DNA of 64,000 nt. Source: Candidatus Latescibacterota bacterium. Lineage in GTDB: Bacteria; Latescibacterota; UBA2968. Below are positions 9,305-22,431 of this stretch, piece by piece. The notes under the pieces are model-generated. The model saw only the letters and a list, made by a program, of their open reading frames with translations. It ran no database searches and was not told the origin of the DNA. Numbering within the stretch: position 1 is the first letter of the stretch; every line of letters starts with the position of its first letter. The DNA is taken from the NCBI GenBank assembly GCA_965208125.1, contig OZ242320.1, positions 1,664,001 to 1,728,000 of the forward strand, given 5' to 3'. Both the position numbers and the translations under genes were made by a program.

Positions 9305-10567
9305 ATGTTTCTCAAATCAATCAAGTTAGAGAACTTTCGATGCTTTTCGAACCATGAATTGTCGTTTGTGGACGATGATTTGGGTAACAGCATTCGCAAG
9401 ACGACAATCCTGCTTGGCGACAATGGCACCGGCAAGAGCAACCTCCTGAAGGCAATTGGCTTGGTGACTGCGGGGCGAGATGCGCTTGCCGAACTATTGG
9501 ATGAACCCGAGAGTTGGATTCAGGTAGGCAAAGAGTTCTGTCAAATAGATGCTGTTTTAAGGACAGCAGAAGGCAAAGAACAGCATGTATTTCTTCGGAT
9601 AGAAAAAAAAGATACCGTCACAAAAGTGTTAGATCGCTCCAGAGAATCGCTGGCAAAACTGGACGACGTACTGGAGCACGGGAACAATTATTTCGTGTTG
9701 GCGTATGGCGCATCTCGGCGATTGAATGTCTATAGAGGACGCCGTACCCAACTTTCTTACTACCGCCATGCACGTGCCCGTAATGTATCCACACTGTTCA
9801 ATCCCGATGAGGTGCTGATCCCCATTGAGTTATGGGCGATGGACCTGGACTATATAGAAGACCGAGGTGCGATGGATGTCATCAGTAACGTGATGTCCGA
9901 TTTTCTAAGGGATGTGAAATTCTCAAGAATCAACAAAAGAGAGGGACAACTGATTTTCGAAACGCCGCTTGGTACGGTCCCAATGAGTCAACTGAGCGAC
10001 GGTTTTCAGAACGTGGCTGCTTGGGCAGGGGATCTATTGTACCAAATTACCGAAGTCTTTAACGACTATAAAACGCCACTAAAGACACCAGGTTTGTTGC
10101 TAATTGATGAAGTGGACCTGCACCTACATCCGCGTTGGCAACGGGAGATGCTGACATTTTTGCGTCGAAAACTACCCAATTTCCAGGTCGTAGCAACAAC
10201 CCATTCACCCATTACAGCCCAGCAGGCTAACGAAAACGAACTTCACTATATCGAGAGACATGGCAGGTCACTCAAACTGCACCAGTTTACGGGTGTGCCA
10301 ATGGCGATGCTGCTGCATCAACTGGTAATGTCTGACATATTTGGTCTGGCATCGGATGAATCCGTCGTACTGGAAAAGAAAAAGGATCGCTACAAAAAAC
10401 TGTGCAAGGCCAAGCAACTCACGGATACCGAAAAGAAGGAAATGGAAAAGCTCGAAAAAGAGTTGCGCGATATGCCTGTATTGCAACGCGGAAATCTAAC
10501 CTTACAAGAGGAGCACTTGAAATTGCTGGATCAGATTCAAAAAGATTTATCGGAGCATCGTGAATGA
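9305..10567 (+). CDS. ABC/AAA ATPase, Septu PtuA-like
   Basis: Walker A GDNGTGKS, signature LSDG, Walker B LLIDEVDLHLHP, H-loop TTHSP; overlaps the HNH gene. Confidence 0.85.
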   Translation: MFLKSIKLENFRCFSNHELSFVDDDLGNSIRKTTILLGDNGTGKSNLLKAIGLVTAGRDALAELLDEPESWIQVGKEFCQIDAVLRTAEGKEQHVFLRIEKKDTVTKVLDRSRESLAKLDDVLEHGNNYFVLAYGASRRLNVYRGRRTQLSYYRHARARNVSTLFNPDEVLIPIELWAMDLDYIEDRGAMDVISNVMSDFLRDVKFSRINKREGQLIFETPLGTVPMSQLSDGFQNVAAWAGDLLYQITEVFNDYKTPLKTPGLLLIDEVDLHLHPRWQREMLTFLRRKLPNFQVVATTHSPITAQQANENELHYIERHGRSLKLHQFTGVPMAMLLHQLVMSDIFGLASDESVVLEKKKDRYKKLCKAKQLTDTEKKEMEKLEKELRDMPVLQRGNLTLQEEHLKLLDQIQKDLSEHRE

Positions 10568-11394
10568 TACGACTGGCCAGAGAGCGCAGTGCGAATGTGG
10601 TGCATAATAATTTTACAGGAAATAAAAAAAGGGCTTTCGAGCGGGAATTACTGTACCATCAGCGAGAAATTCGGCGAAGAGACAGGAAGAAGCACGAATT
10701 TAAATCATATGTATGGAAAGCAGCCAAAGATCAGCTAAAAACAGAAACTGGGGGTAAGTGTGCGTATTGTGAAGCACCCGCTACATTGGTGGCTTATGGA
10801 GATGTAGAACATTATCGGCCCAAGAGTGTGTACTGGTGGCTGGCCTATTCATACGAAAATTATCTGATGTCCTGCACATTGTGTAATCAGAAATACAAAA
10901 AAACAGAATTTCCCACGATGAATCGTAAAATGCGTGCCCCCCTTATACGCCGTAATACGACTGATGCGTTCATCGCTCAAAAGGCTGGAACAATTGCACC
11001 AGACCCGCTTGATGACGACGCAGTTCAGGCATTTATTCAACAGCACCAGCAAGAGCGTCCTCTTTTGCTCAATCCTTATTTTGACGATCCCGCTAATTTT
11101 TATGCTTGGGAAGCAAACGATGTTCTGCGCGAAGTCGAACTCATCCCTTTGCCGACAAATTCAGAAGCTCACAAATTTGTCAATGCTGCAGATAATCATT
11201 TCGGTTTGAATCGTCAGGAACTCAAAAATGCCCGTTATTTTGAGTACGCAAGGTTCAAACTCTTTAAAAAATTGTTGAATAATACCCGCCTCCGTGCAAC
11301 GACACGGGAAGATGTAGCACAACAGATTGAGGAAATGAAATCAGATAGAGCATCTTTTGCAGGAATGATTCGTTATTTTGATACCATCTTGTAA
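10564..11394 (+). CDS. HNH endonuclease, Septu PtuB-like
   Basis: KCAYCE...DVEHYRPK...NYLMSCTLCNQKYK and LLLNPYFDDP motifs; translationally coupled to the ATPase. Confidence 0.85.
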   Translation: MIRLARERSANVVHNNFTGNKKRAFERELLYHQREIRRRDRKKHEFKSYVWKAAKDQLKTETGGKCAYCEAPATLVAYGDVEHYRPKSVYWWLAYSYENYLMSCTLCNQKYKKTEFPTMNRKMRAPLIRRNTTDAFIAQKAGTIAPDPLDDDAVQAFIQQHQQERPLLLNPYFDDPANFYAWEANDVLREVELIPLPTNSEAHKFVNAADNHFGLNRQELKNARYFEYARFKLFKKLLNNTRLRATTREDVAQQIEEMKSDRASFAGMIRYFDTIL

Positions 11395-11535
11395 TTTGGG
11401 CTGCTCTAAAGTGTATAGATTTAATGTGCCCGCCATAGAAAGAAGTAGGATCCAAGAAATCCGCTATCTGTTGCTTAACATATAAATCTCCCTAAGGGTA
11501 AGCCGAGTTAGGCTGCGAACATTCAATAACCGTTA

Positions 11536-14500
11536 TTATGCTTTGGTTCGCAGAGATTTAATCCACTTGTCAATGGAAATTCCGTTCTCCCATAATTCCT
11601 TAGAAACACCATAGCGAAGCTGTTGCTCATTGTGCAATCGCACGGGGTTACTTACGCTGGTAAGTTTGTCCACCTCCTCATACACCTTAAAAATATCATT
11701 GCCTATGTCAGTAACAATTTTTGCGGACTGTTTGACTTTAGCTAAATCCCATGATTCTGGTATCTCTTGTCCTCGCAGGTCAATAACGCATAGGACGAAA
11801 CGGTCTGAATCATCCGAGGCAGTTTGAGCTTGAAGCGGAGTAAGTCGAACATCGCCGGTTGTAGTAGTCTTTACTTCCAGAAAATAGCTCCCAACCTCAA
11901 AACTAAATAAAGCATCATCCAAACTGCTATCCGCCTGGCTTGGTAATACTTCGTAGTCATAACCTCTATCTACAAGTTGGAGATCAAGACCGTGTAATTG
12001 GATAACTTCGGCCAACATTTCTTGCACAGCATGGCCAAAACTTCGATTATATTCGCGTATTTCTGCTTGGCGATTTCGTTTTTTAAGTTCCTCTCTAATT
12101 TCCTGAATCTCTTCGGGGTCTGCTTCCGAAATAAGTCTTACTGCTTCCGGGTTTTCGGCCATTACCTGTACCACATCCAAGTTTGCAACTGCAGACTTCA
12201 TCAAAGTCGGATTTTGCATTAATTCTTTTAAATTGCTCTTAACCTTAGGCTCCAAATTTTCGATCATGAGAGTGAGTTGCTCGAACCCAAAAACATGATG
12301 TAGCAGGTCTATAGCTTGAAGATTATTCTGTAACCAAGATGGATCGTATAGATTTCGCAAATTAGCTTCATTAGCCGGTAGTGCCAAAGTTTTTTCATCT
12401 TCAGTTGTAACAGGTACCCAAGGCCGCACTTTAAGCTCGAACGGCCACGTTGACCCATAAAGACACATTTGCACAGGCTTTCCTGAGCGATTGCCATTAA
12501 CTACATGTGACTCTCTCCAACCTTGATCTTCCTTTGCTGCTATATTGAGCACAAAATCGAGGAGGCGTGTTGCAAGATTTTTATTATTCCCGCAACGATT
12601 CAATAGCTCAGTTGCAAGAAATGCAATCTGTCCAAAGGACTGGTTCCTGACCGTTACATTCTCAATTTCTATGCTATCTGAGGCCATTGCCTTCAACAAA
12701 TTCACATCATCAATCAACGGTCTGGGAGCTTTATACAGGGGGGCCGGTATTACAAGAGATGTTTCAATAAGTGGCTGAAGTAACGCAATAAGTTCGCTGT
12801 CCTCAACGTAGCGACTCGATAGAAAGCGTTCTTCTACATAGAGGTCAGCATAGGGACGAGCTGATGAAGGCCAGTGGAGGACGGGAGCGAGAATCTGAAG
12901 ATTGTTCACAAGATGTACCATCGTATCATCTGCAGTCAGCAAAGGACATTTCCGAAGGCGTTGGACATTATCATCCTTTCCGACCAAATATATTGCCAGA
13001 CGCGCAGATGCACGTAGAGCAGGCAAATCGGTTTCCTTGTCAAACTCGCTGCGATTCGGCAAGCACTCATCTAATTCGTCAAGTATATTATTTACCGCTT
13101 CTGTTTCGGTATAAGGCTCGCTAAGTTGTTTATATATAAAAGCTTTTGCAAGCTCGTAACCAGGTTGGTTTAAAGCTTCAACAATGTCTTGATGCAAAAG
13201 TTTTGAACGGAGGTCTATGCTTATAGCAGCGGCAATAACCTTAATCTCCTCCGGAATATCTTCATCAATTCTGAGATCACGCAGACTGCGCAATTGGGAA
13301 TGCTGGTTGGGCACAAGGCTTGCAATCAAGGGCCTTTCATTAACACTTTCCGGAAGATCAGCAACCAAAAGGAACAAATCGGCAAGCCACTTGAAAGGGT
13401 CTCCGCTAATGGGCAGGTCTGTAATATCCTGATCCTTTTCCTTGACCCAGTCTGTCAACTCTGTGAGACCCAGCCGTGCGACTGGCAAACCTATCTCGTC
13501 CCATTGACAGGCTATCTGTCCCCAATCTCGAGCGAACGCCTTGTCAGGGAAATAAAGGTTTGTGACTCGAGAGGCAAGCTGATGGATGGCATCGTAATCA
13601 ACCGGATTTTGCCCTTCCGAGTCTGTTGCCGGAACTAAAAATGTGATATTTTTACCATCGTCTTGTAGGGCTGGTAATAAACCTCCTTTAGTATCTATAA
13701 TTGGTTTGGCAGCAGTTGCTTTCCCAATTTCCAAAAGAACTTTCTTCCACCATTTCAGTTCTTCGCTTTCTCCGCTTAACGCTCGCTTAGGAATGGCAAG
13801 GTGAGCAAGTTTATGGGCATCGTGCCACTGTGATTTCACAGCGTACTGTATAAGTGTAGGAAACGCCTCCATTGCGGTAGAGATCAAGTCACGGTCATTC
13901 GGAGTCATCGCAATAACGTCGCGCTCCTGTTTTGGATCAAAACTGCCATCCAGTACAACGTTGAAAGGCAAAAAGTTAGTTTCAACAATGGGAAACTTAA
14001 CAAAAATTCTTGGAAAGTCATCCGCGGGCAATACCACCCTATACCGATTGCTATCACAATTCTCCAAGACAACGAGCAAAGCTGACTGGGCATTCTGGCT
14101 GCCTATGCGGAGTGCCGTAAGTTGTCGAGTAGTTTCATCTTGAGAAATCGTAACCTCAGTTAGTTTGAGTACAAAGCCATCTATCATTTTCTCATTCGTA
14201 ATCGCTGGCTTAAAAAGTGTAGTCTTATTCGGACGCTCAATGCGAACTTGGCCAAGTTTTTCACAGGTTACATAGAGATATGGAAGCACCTCTTCCAAAC
14301 GGTCCAGTCCCCGTTTTGCAACTTCACAATCAGCATCATAATAGATAAATGACGCTGTAGGGTTTTTAGCTATACAGGACTCTGGCAAAGGCAGTGCCTT
14401 ACCAATTGCCTCATCAGCCTGTTCTATGTTTTTCGCAATTGCATCTTCGTCTCCATCGCGGTCAAGTTCTATATGGAACTTTTCGTAGCTTTTCTCTATC

Positions 14501-14889
14501 TCGATTACTCCATGCACATCGACATGCGTTGATAGCGCATGTGTTACTAGAAACCCCGTGCCGAAGCGTCCCGTTGTCTTCTCATCGTCAAAATCTTTAC
14601 TGGAACCTCCGGACAACAGCGCAGCCAGATCTTCGGTTGTAAAGGGCTTTCCCGTATGGGAAACGAGGAAATTATTGTCTTTGAAGGTAAAACTAATTTT
14701 TATGCGTTTGTCACCGTCACGCGGCCCGGCGTCGTGGGCATTTTGCATAAGCTCAAACGGCCACCTTACACCTGCGCGGAATAGATTCCGCTTTGCATCC
14801 TCTACTTTGGTTCGGATAGTGCGTGCATCATTTCGAGTTTGTTGACGTTTAGTTGCCTTCCCGTATTCTTTAAGAGCTTCTCTGCTCAT
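11536..14889 (-). CDS. Sacsin-like GHKL ATPase with C-terminal DUF3883/NOV_C-type PD-(D/E)xK nuclease
   Basis: N-terminal ELMQNAHDA, HTGKPF and TGRFGTGF (GHKL boxes); C-terminal GYDYEV...FLEVKTT...LTPLQ. Confidence 0.75.
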   Translation of the reverse strand: MSREALKEYGKATKRQQTRNDARTIRTKVEDAKRNLFRAGVRWPFELMQNAHDAGPRDGDKRIKISFTFKDNNFLVSHTGKPFTTEDLAALLSGGSSKDFDDEKTTGRFGTGFLVTHALSTHVDVHGVIEIEKSYEKFHIELDRDGDEDAIAKNIEQADEAIGKALPLPESCIAKNPTASFIYYDADCEVAKRGLDRLEEVLPYLYVTCEKLGQVRIERPNKTTLFKPAITNEKMIDGFVLKLTEVTISQDETTRQLTALRIGSQNAQSALLVVLENCDSNRYRVVLPADDFPRIFVKFPIVETNFLPFNVVLDGSFDPKQERDVIAMTPNDRDLISTAMEAFPTLIQYAVKSQWHDAHKLAHLAIPKRALSGESEELKWWKKVLLEIGKATAAKPIIDTKGGLLPALQDDGKNITFLVPATDSEGQNPVDYDAIHQLASRVTNLYFPDKAFARDWGQIACQWDEIGLPVARLGLTELTDWVKEKDQDITDLPISGDPFKWLADLFLLVADLPESVNERPLIASLVPNQHSQLRSLRDLRIDEDIPEEIKVIAAAISIDLRSKLLHQDIVEALNQPGYELAKAFIYKQLSEPYTETEAVNNILDELDECLPNRSEFDKETDLPALRASARLAIYLVGKDDNVQRLRKCPLLTADDTMVHLVNNLQILAPVLHWPSSARPYADLYVEERFLSSRYVEDSELIALLQPLIETSLVIPAPLYKAPRPLIDDVNLLKAMASDSIEIENVTVRNQSFGQIAFLATELLNRCGNNKNLATRLLDFVLNIAAKEDQGWRESHVVNGNRSGKPVQMCLYGSTWPFELKVRPWVPVTTEDEKTLALPANEANLRNLYDPSWLQNNLQAIDLLHHVFGFEQLTLMIENLEPKVKSNLKELMQNPTLMKSAVANLDVVQVMAENPEAVRLISEADPEEIQEIREELKKRNRQAEIREYNRSFGHAVQEMLAEVIQLHGLDLQLVDRGYDYEVLPSQADSSLDDALFSFEVGSYFLEVKTTTTGDVRLTPLQAQTASDDSDRFVLCVIDLRGQEIPESWDLAKVKQSAKIVTDIGNDIFKVYEEVDKLTSVSNPVRLHNEQQLRYGVSKELWENGISIDKWIKSLRTKA

Positions 14890-14959
14890 TATAGTCTCCT
14901 AACAATGGCGTGAAATTTTAGATGTGTCTAATCAATCAAATTTCTGCGAGATTCCACTG

Positions 14960-15262
14960 TCATTTCACCAATCCCTTTTGCCGGCCGCGACGTAGTGTGC
15001 GTTTTTGATCTGCAGGGTCTGAGGGATAGGCGGTAATGACGCGCCCGTCGCGTATCACGACCTTGCGATTCACAAGCCGGCTCAGTGCTTGTATCTCTCG
15101 CTTGCGGGTCTCGATCTCGCGGGCGGCATCCCGGTTACGCATAAAATAGGTCTCGTCGTCAATCTGCGTTCCACACGCGAGAATGATCGGTATATCCGCT
15201 TTGCGAATACCCCGTTGCTGCATGCGCGTTCTGGCGTGCTGGCTATAAGTGATGTTGGTCAT
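14960..15262 (-). CDS. DUF4258-like small basic protein (putative RelE-like toxin)
   Basis: YSQHARTRMQQRGI...VITAY motif; overlaps the upstream HTH gene. Confidence 0.65.
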   Translation of the reverse strand: MTNITYSQHARTRMQQRGIRKADIPIILACGTQIDDETYFMRNRDAAREIETRKREIQALSRLVNRKVVIRDGRVITAYPSDPADQKRTLRRGRQKGLVK

Positions 15263-16278
15263 TCGTCGTCTCCTTCCTTTTCAGTTTCGGAATTGGTCTT
15301 TTGAGAATTCGCCTTAACTAAAATATCCCTTATCTTATCGCCTTGCGGCGACGTGGCTATAAACTTTGCCACTACATTCTCTTTCTCCGGAATTTCCTTG
15401 AAGATTTCCGGTAGCCTTTCTTCAAGCCACTTCGTACGCTCCTCTTGAGCGTCTTCCGCCATCAGTTTCTCGGGAATTTCGGATATTCGCGCACAGCCCG
15501 TTTCAAGAGTCCTTCTGGCTTTGGAAGAACCATTGGAAATATAGTCTAGTTCTTTGCGGCCGACCTCGTAATCGGGAAACTTGTACTGCGATCTGAAATT
15601 GAGATATTCGTCCACATCTACGACTTCGGGGATGGCGAGTTTATCTGCCAACTTTCGCAAATATTGGGCAAATGGGTTATCTGCGGAGGGATCAAAGAAA
15701 CTATCTATCAAACTGGGGGTATTGAACTGGTCGCCGAACAGATCGTCTTCATCGATAGAATCTTCTGCTATCCCAATCTCCTCATCCATGTATGACTGAA
15801 CACCACTTAAGCCTCCACCCCAGAACCCGTCAATCTCCAGCAAATGCTGGTATGCTTCCTTCGCCTCTTCCAATTTCTCGCGTCGCCAAGCGAGACTGCC
15901 CTCGGCCAGAAGCGTGAAGAAGAGCGGTGCCATGTTAATGATCTCGGTGGCATTGACACCATATCGGCGTTTGATGAGGTCGTATGCGAGTCGGGTCTTT
16001 GGTGCGACCTGCGCACCCATCTGGACGCGATCAAGATTGTCGATGAGCGTATCATCGGACTCGGGAAGTGGCAAATCGCCAGTGAGTACACCAGGTTCGA
16101 CATTGAGTGCCTTAGATAAGCCGTTCAGTGTGTGTTCCTGGGATTTTTGAGTTCGCTGTGGTTCATTTTCTAAACGTTGGATGGTGCGTGCGGTGATTTT
16201 AGCCCGTTCAGCAAGTTGCGGCCGTGACAGTCCTTTCTGCTGGCGTAGTTTGCGAAGGCAATCGGGATCGATTTTCAT
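15259..16278 (-). CDS. XRE-family HTH regulator with a long acidic C-terminal domain
   Basis: LRKLRQQKGLSRPQLAERAKITARTIQRLEN...LSKALNV. Confidence 0.8.
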   Translation of the reverse strand: MKIDPDCLRKLRQQKGLSRPQLAERAKITARTIQRLENEPQRTQKSQEHTLNGLSKALNVEPGVLTGDLPLPESDDTLIDNLDRVQMGAQVAPKTRLAYDLIKRRYGVNATEIINMAPLFFTLLAEGSLAWRREKLEEAKEAYQHLLEIDGFWGGGLSGVQSYMDEEIGIAEDSIDEDDLFGDQFNTPSLIDSFFDPSADNPFAQYLRKLADKLAIPEVVDVDEYLNFRSQYKFPDYEVGRKELDYISNGSSKARRTLETGCARISEIPEKLMAEDAQEERTKWLEERLPEIFKEIPEKENVVAKFIATSPQGDKIRDILVKANSQKTNSETEKEGDDE

Positions 16279-16566
16279 GTTGAAGCTCCTTGAAGAAATT
16301 TTTACGGCGAGACTGCTTAAATGCGATTCGTCAAAAATATATTTCTTTTTTAAAAAATTTACAACAGGATATTATGAGAAAAATTCTGTAAAAAATATTT
16401 ATATTAGCGACATAAAGAACAAAAATATCCTTTTCTTGTCTCCTGGAATAGGTTTAACGTCTCATCAGAACGTACCCAGGAAGACAAACGCGGACATTTT
16501 GATGTTTTGCATCCCTCGGCCCGTTCCCCGCGGATGTGGCGTGGGTTTGACCAGCGTCGTCAGCAA

Positions 16567-16602
16567 TAAAAAAATACCGCGCTCCCAATATTGGGAGCGC
16601 GG
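16567..16602 (-). terminator. Perfect 26-bp palindrome with T-tract (terminator)
   Basis: CCGCGCTCCCAAT/ATTGGGAGCGCGG at 16577-16602, followed on the minus strand by TATTTTTTT. Confidence 0.65.
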
Positions 16603-16699
16603 CATAGAATGAATTGGTGCGATGGACCAACGCCTGTATTCTTCACATTTCAAAACATCTCTCTTTATTTTTTCTCATACGCATCGTGTTGTCTTGGGA

Positions 16700-16870
16700 T
16701 CATTCGCCGTCATAATGCAATTTCTTTTTTAATTCGTTACGCAATGCATGAGACTTGCTTTGGTAGAATGCCAATTGCTCTTTTACCGTTCTATCCTTGA
16801 GTTGCTCATAGTGCGCGTCTCGAATCCGGCGCACAATTTTAACCGCATCAAACGTCTTTTTCGTATCCAT
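16700..16870 (-). CDS. Small hypothetical protein (56 aa), antitoxin-like
   Basis: Not in the ORF track. MDTKKTFDAVKIVRRIRDAHYEQLKDRTVKEQLAFYQSKSHALRNELKKKLHYDGE, with SD GAGGTGA. Confidence 0.6.
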   Translation of the reverse strand: MDTKKTFDAVKIVRRIRDAHYEQLKDRTVKEQLAFYQSKSHALRNELKKKLHYDGE

Positions 16871-16951
16871 AATTGGTCACCTCACGCGGAGTTGTCCAGG
16901 CATTCAACTAATGGTTACAAATTTTCTGACTTTCTCCTATACTTGGGAATC

Positions 16952-17350
16952 TCACCAAATGGTTTCAACGTCTGATTGCTGGATTCGATAATCGGTCGTG
17001 ACAAGTGGTAAGCAGAGGTGCTGTGCTGTTGCCGCAATCATACGATCTGGCATATCGGGTATTTGATCACGTGGGATATTTTCCAACTGTTCTGCAATCG
17101 CAAGATCAAAAGGGGCAACTTTGAATCCCGAATCGGATCGGTGCAATGTAGCTTTCAAATCAATCAAATTCTGTCGAGGCAATCGATTTTTCTCAGTCAA
17201 GTATATAACCTCGACAATTGTTACTGATGACACATAGACTGGATGCCCCGATTTAATAGCCTCTCGAATAGCCTGACGCGCAACAGATGAGAGGTCTGAC
17301 GATCGTGCTAAGAACCAGATGAATGAATGCGTATCTACAACCAGAGACAT
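16952..17350 (-). CDS. vapC: PIN-domain toxin VapC
   Basis: VVDTHSFIWF, VTIVEV, DMPDRMIAATA and LVTTD motifs. Confidence 0.9.
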   Translation of the reverse strand: MSLVVDTHSFIWFLARSSDLSSVARQAIREAIKSGHPVYVSSVTIVEVIYLTEKNRLPRQNLIDLKATLHRSDSGFKVAPFDLAIAEQLENIPRDQIPDMPDRMIAATAQHLCLPLVTTDYRIQQSDVETIW

Positions 17351-17355
17351 TATGC

Positions 17356-17622
17356 CTAATCCTTTTGATCAAACTTATGCCACATTTCTTTTCGGGCTTC
17401 GGCTATGTCTCGAGCGGTTATTGGATCCATCTGATCCCACAAGCCTTCGGGATTAAAGAGCTTACCTTGATCAAATTCTGACGAATCCGATGCGTTTTCC
17501 ATAGGAACGAGTTGAAAGGCCGAACCATCTTCTTGCGTAATAACCACTTTCTCTCCATTGGCCGCTTCTTTGACCAATGCTGCAAGACAGTTTTCCGCCT
17601 CTGTAAGATCAATTTTGTGCAT
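17356..17622 (-). CDS. Phd/YefM-like antitoxin
   Basis: IDLTEAENCLAALVKEAANGEKVVIT; immediately upstream of vapC. Alternative start at 17646. Confidence 0.75.
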   Translation of the reverse strand: MHKIDLTEAENCLAALVKEAANGEKVVITQEDGSAFQLVPMENASDSSEFDQGKLFNPEGLWDQMDPITARDIAEARKEMWHKFDQKD

Positions 17623-17869
17623 GTTTTTCGCCCCTTTGGTATTCATTATTGCTTCTAACGACTGAATGCAAATCCCATATAATTTTAATTATACCCAAAA
17701 ACAAAAAGTGTCGCAACGAGGCGATATTGTCAACCGCATTTCAAAATATCTCGCGGCAAGTTGGACTTGCTGCATACGTCATTGGGTGCAGCTTGCCTTA
17801 CAGGACATGCTTCGAAAAGAAAACTTGACCCTGGTTGTCTCCATCAATTGAAATCGGCCCACCTGACCC

Positions 17870-18172
17870 CTATCCCTTCAACTCAACAATAATATTCCGC
17901 CAGGGACCATCCCCCACATTGATGGCCTCGTGAACATCTTCGCCATCGACATCTCGCCATTGCACCTGCCCATCCGCCATATCGCGGGCTTCGCGTTTAA
18001 CGCCATCTGATGAGACACCCTGGAGTTTCCCCCCGCCGATAACCACGTACAAATAGTCATTCTCGTGCCGATGCATACCCGTACTCTCGCCCGGGGCAAG
18101 CGCGAGATCCCAAACGCGCACGCGATCATTTTCAAAAAGCAATCTGGTCCCAATATCTTCAGATATATTCAT
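17870..18172 (-). CDS. Cupin domain protein
   Basis: LFENDRVRVW, PGESTGMHRHENDY and HEAINVG motifs. Confidence 0.85.
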   Translation of the reverse strand: MNISEDIGTRLLFENDRVRVWDLALAPGESTGMHRHENDYLYVVIGGGKLQGVSSDGVKREARDMADGQVQWRDVDGEDVHEAINVGDGPWRNIIVELKG

Positions 18173-18198
18173 GACTTTGACCTCCTGTAGGTAAAATG

Positions 18199-21322
<3,124 letters not shown>

Positions 21323-21325
21323 CGC

Positions 21326-22312
21326 TCATCGTCCATCGCTCATCGCCGCGCCAACTTCCCGCGCAACGCGGGGACGACGCAACTTCCAGATCATGCCATC
21401 GTAGATAAAGTGCATAAACGACGTGCCATACGTAAAAACGAGAAAAAACGGAAGAGAAAGAAACTTGAGACCGTATAACAAGCCGCTGACCACAACAATA
21501 AAACCCGCAGTATAGGGAACAATACGCTTTCCCGCTCGCGTCAGCACAGGCGACGCAAACGCATCGAGTTTTGCCTTATTGTGAACCGTAAGCGCAACAA
21601 GGGCGATATATTCCGCCGCATGGCTAAAGCTGGTCGCAATAAAAAGCGCTTCTGACGACAAAATGGGCACAACGCCATACATGAACGCGACCGAAACAAA
21701 AAAAAGCAATTTCGGCCAGTTGATCTGCGCGCCCCGAAACTCGTAAATAAGCCACGCAATAGTAACAGCGATAGCCGCGACATATATCCCCTGCGCCCCC
21801 ACAGAGGGAAGCGGCGTGCCGATGAGCGTATGCAAATAATGCATAACGCGGCCTTCAACATCGGCCTGAAAAGCAAACAGATACCCAAACCCCGCAATGC
21901 CCCAGAGGTACGAAGTCCAGGCATCGAGTTGTTTGTGCCCCCATTGTCCCTTCCCGGAATAAATCCGCAAAATGCCGTACTTTTGGCGGACAAAATGGAA
22001 ATAATTAAAAAGATACCAGAACGCGAACATCTCGGGCTCTTCAACCCGAAAATAATAACACAGAGCGACGAACCCCAGACACAGCACCGGGGTAATGAGA
22101 TAAATCAACCGCCGACGTTCAAATTCAATGCGATCGAGATAAACGAGGGGAAAAGTGAAATACCGGTGGGCTACAAATGACGTGACCGCAATGAGGCGGA
22201 AGGTCTCACTGTAGTCAGAGAGCAGATAAGGAGCGGCAAAAAAGACCAGCCATCCGAGCGAAATACAGCACAAATCGACAGACGGGGAAATAATCCAGTG
22301 AGATTTGTTCAT
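21326..22312 (-). CDS. Multi-pass membrane protein with several His motifs
   Basis: About 8 hydrophobic segments; HRYFT, HFVRQKYG, SHAAEY and HFIYDG motifs; ends 3 nt before bioA. Confidence 0.7.
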   Translation of the reverse strand: MNKSHWIISPSVDLCCISLGWLVFFAAPYLLSDYSETFRLIAVTSFVAHRYFTFPLVYLDRIEFERRRLIYLITPVLCLGFVALCYYFRVEEPEMFAFWYLFNYFHFVRQKYGILRIYSGKGQWGHKQLDAWTSYLWGIAGFGYLFAFQADVEGRVMHYLHTLIGTPLPSVGAQGIYVAAIAVTIAWLIYEFRGAQINWPKLLFFVSVAFMYGVVPILSSEALFIATSFSHAAEYIALVALTVHNKAKLDAFASPVLTRAGKRIVPYTAGFIVVVSGLLYGLKFLSLPFFLVFTYGTSFMHFIYDGMIWKLRRPRVAREVGAAMSDGR

Positions 22313-22431
22313 GGCACATTTATTATAGGAGCGCAGAAGAAATTTTTTTGGATAACAGAGTGTGTCAAAAGCAAGTATAGATTGCCTATACTTGTTGTTT
22401 TGGTGGGTACCTTATCAGCATGTAATCCCGT

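Noticed and set aside
11473-11513. attC-like GCTTAAC...GTTAGGC between the HNH and sacsin-like genes
   Set aside because: Only 41 bp, shorter than typical attC sites, with no clear L boxes, no integron integrase and no second copy.
9283-11535. Retron (type I-A) interpretation of the ATPase-HNH pair
   Set aside because: No reverse transcriptase, and no room upstream for an msr-msd RNA.
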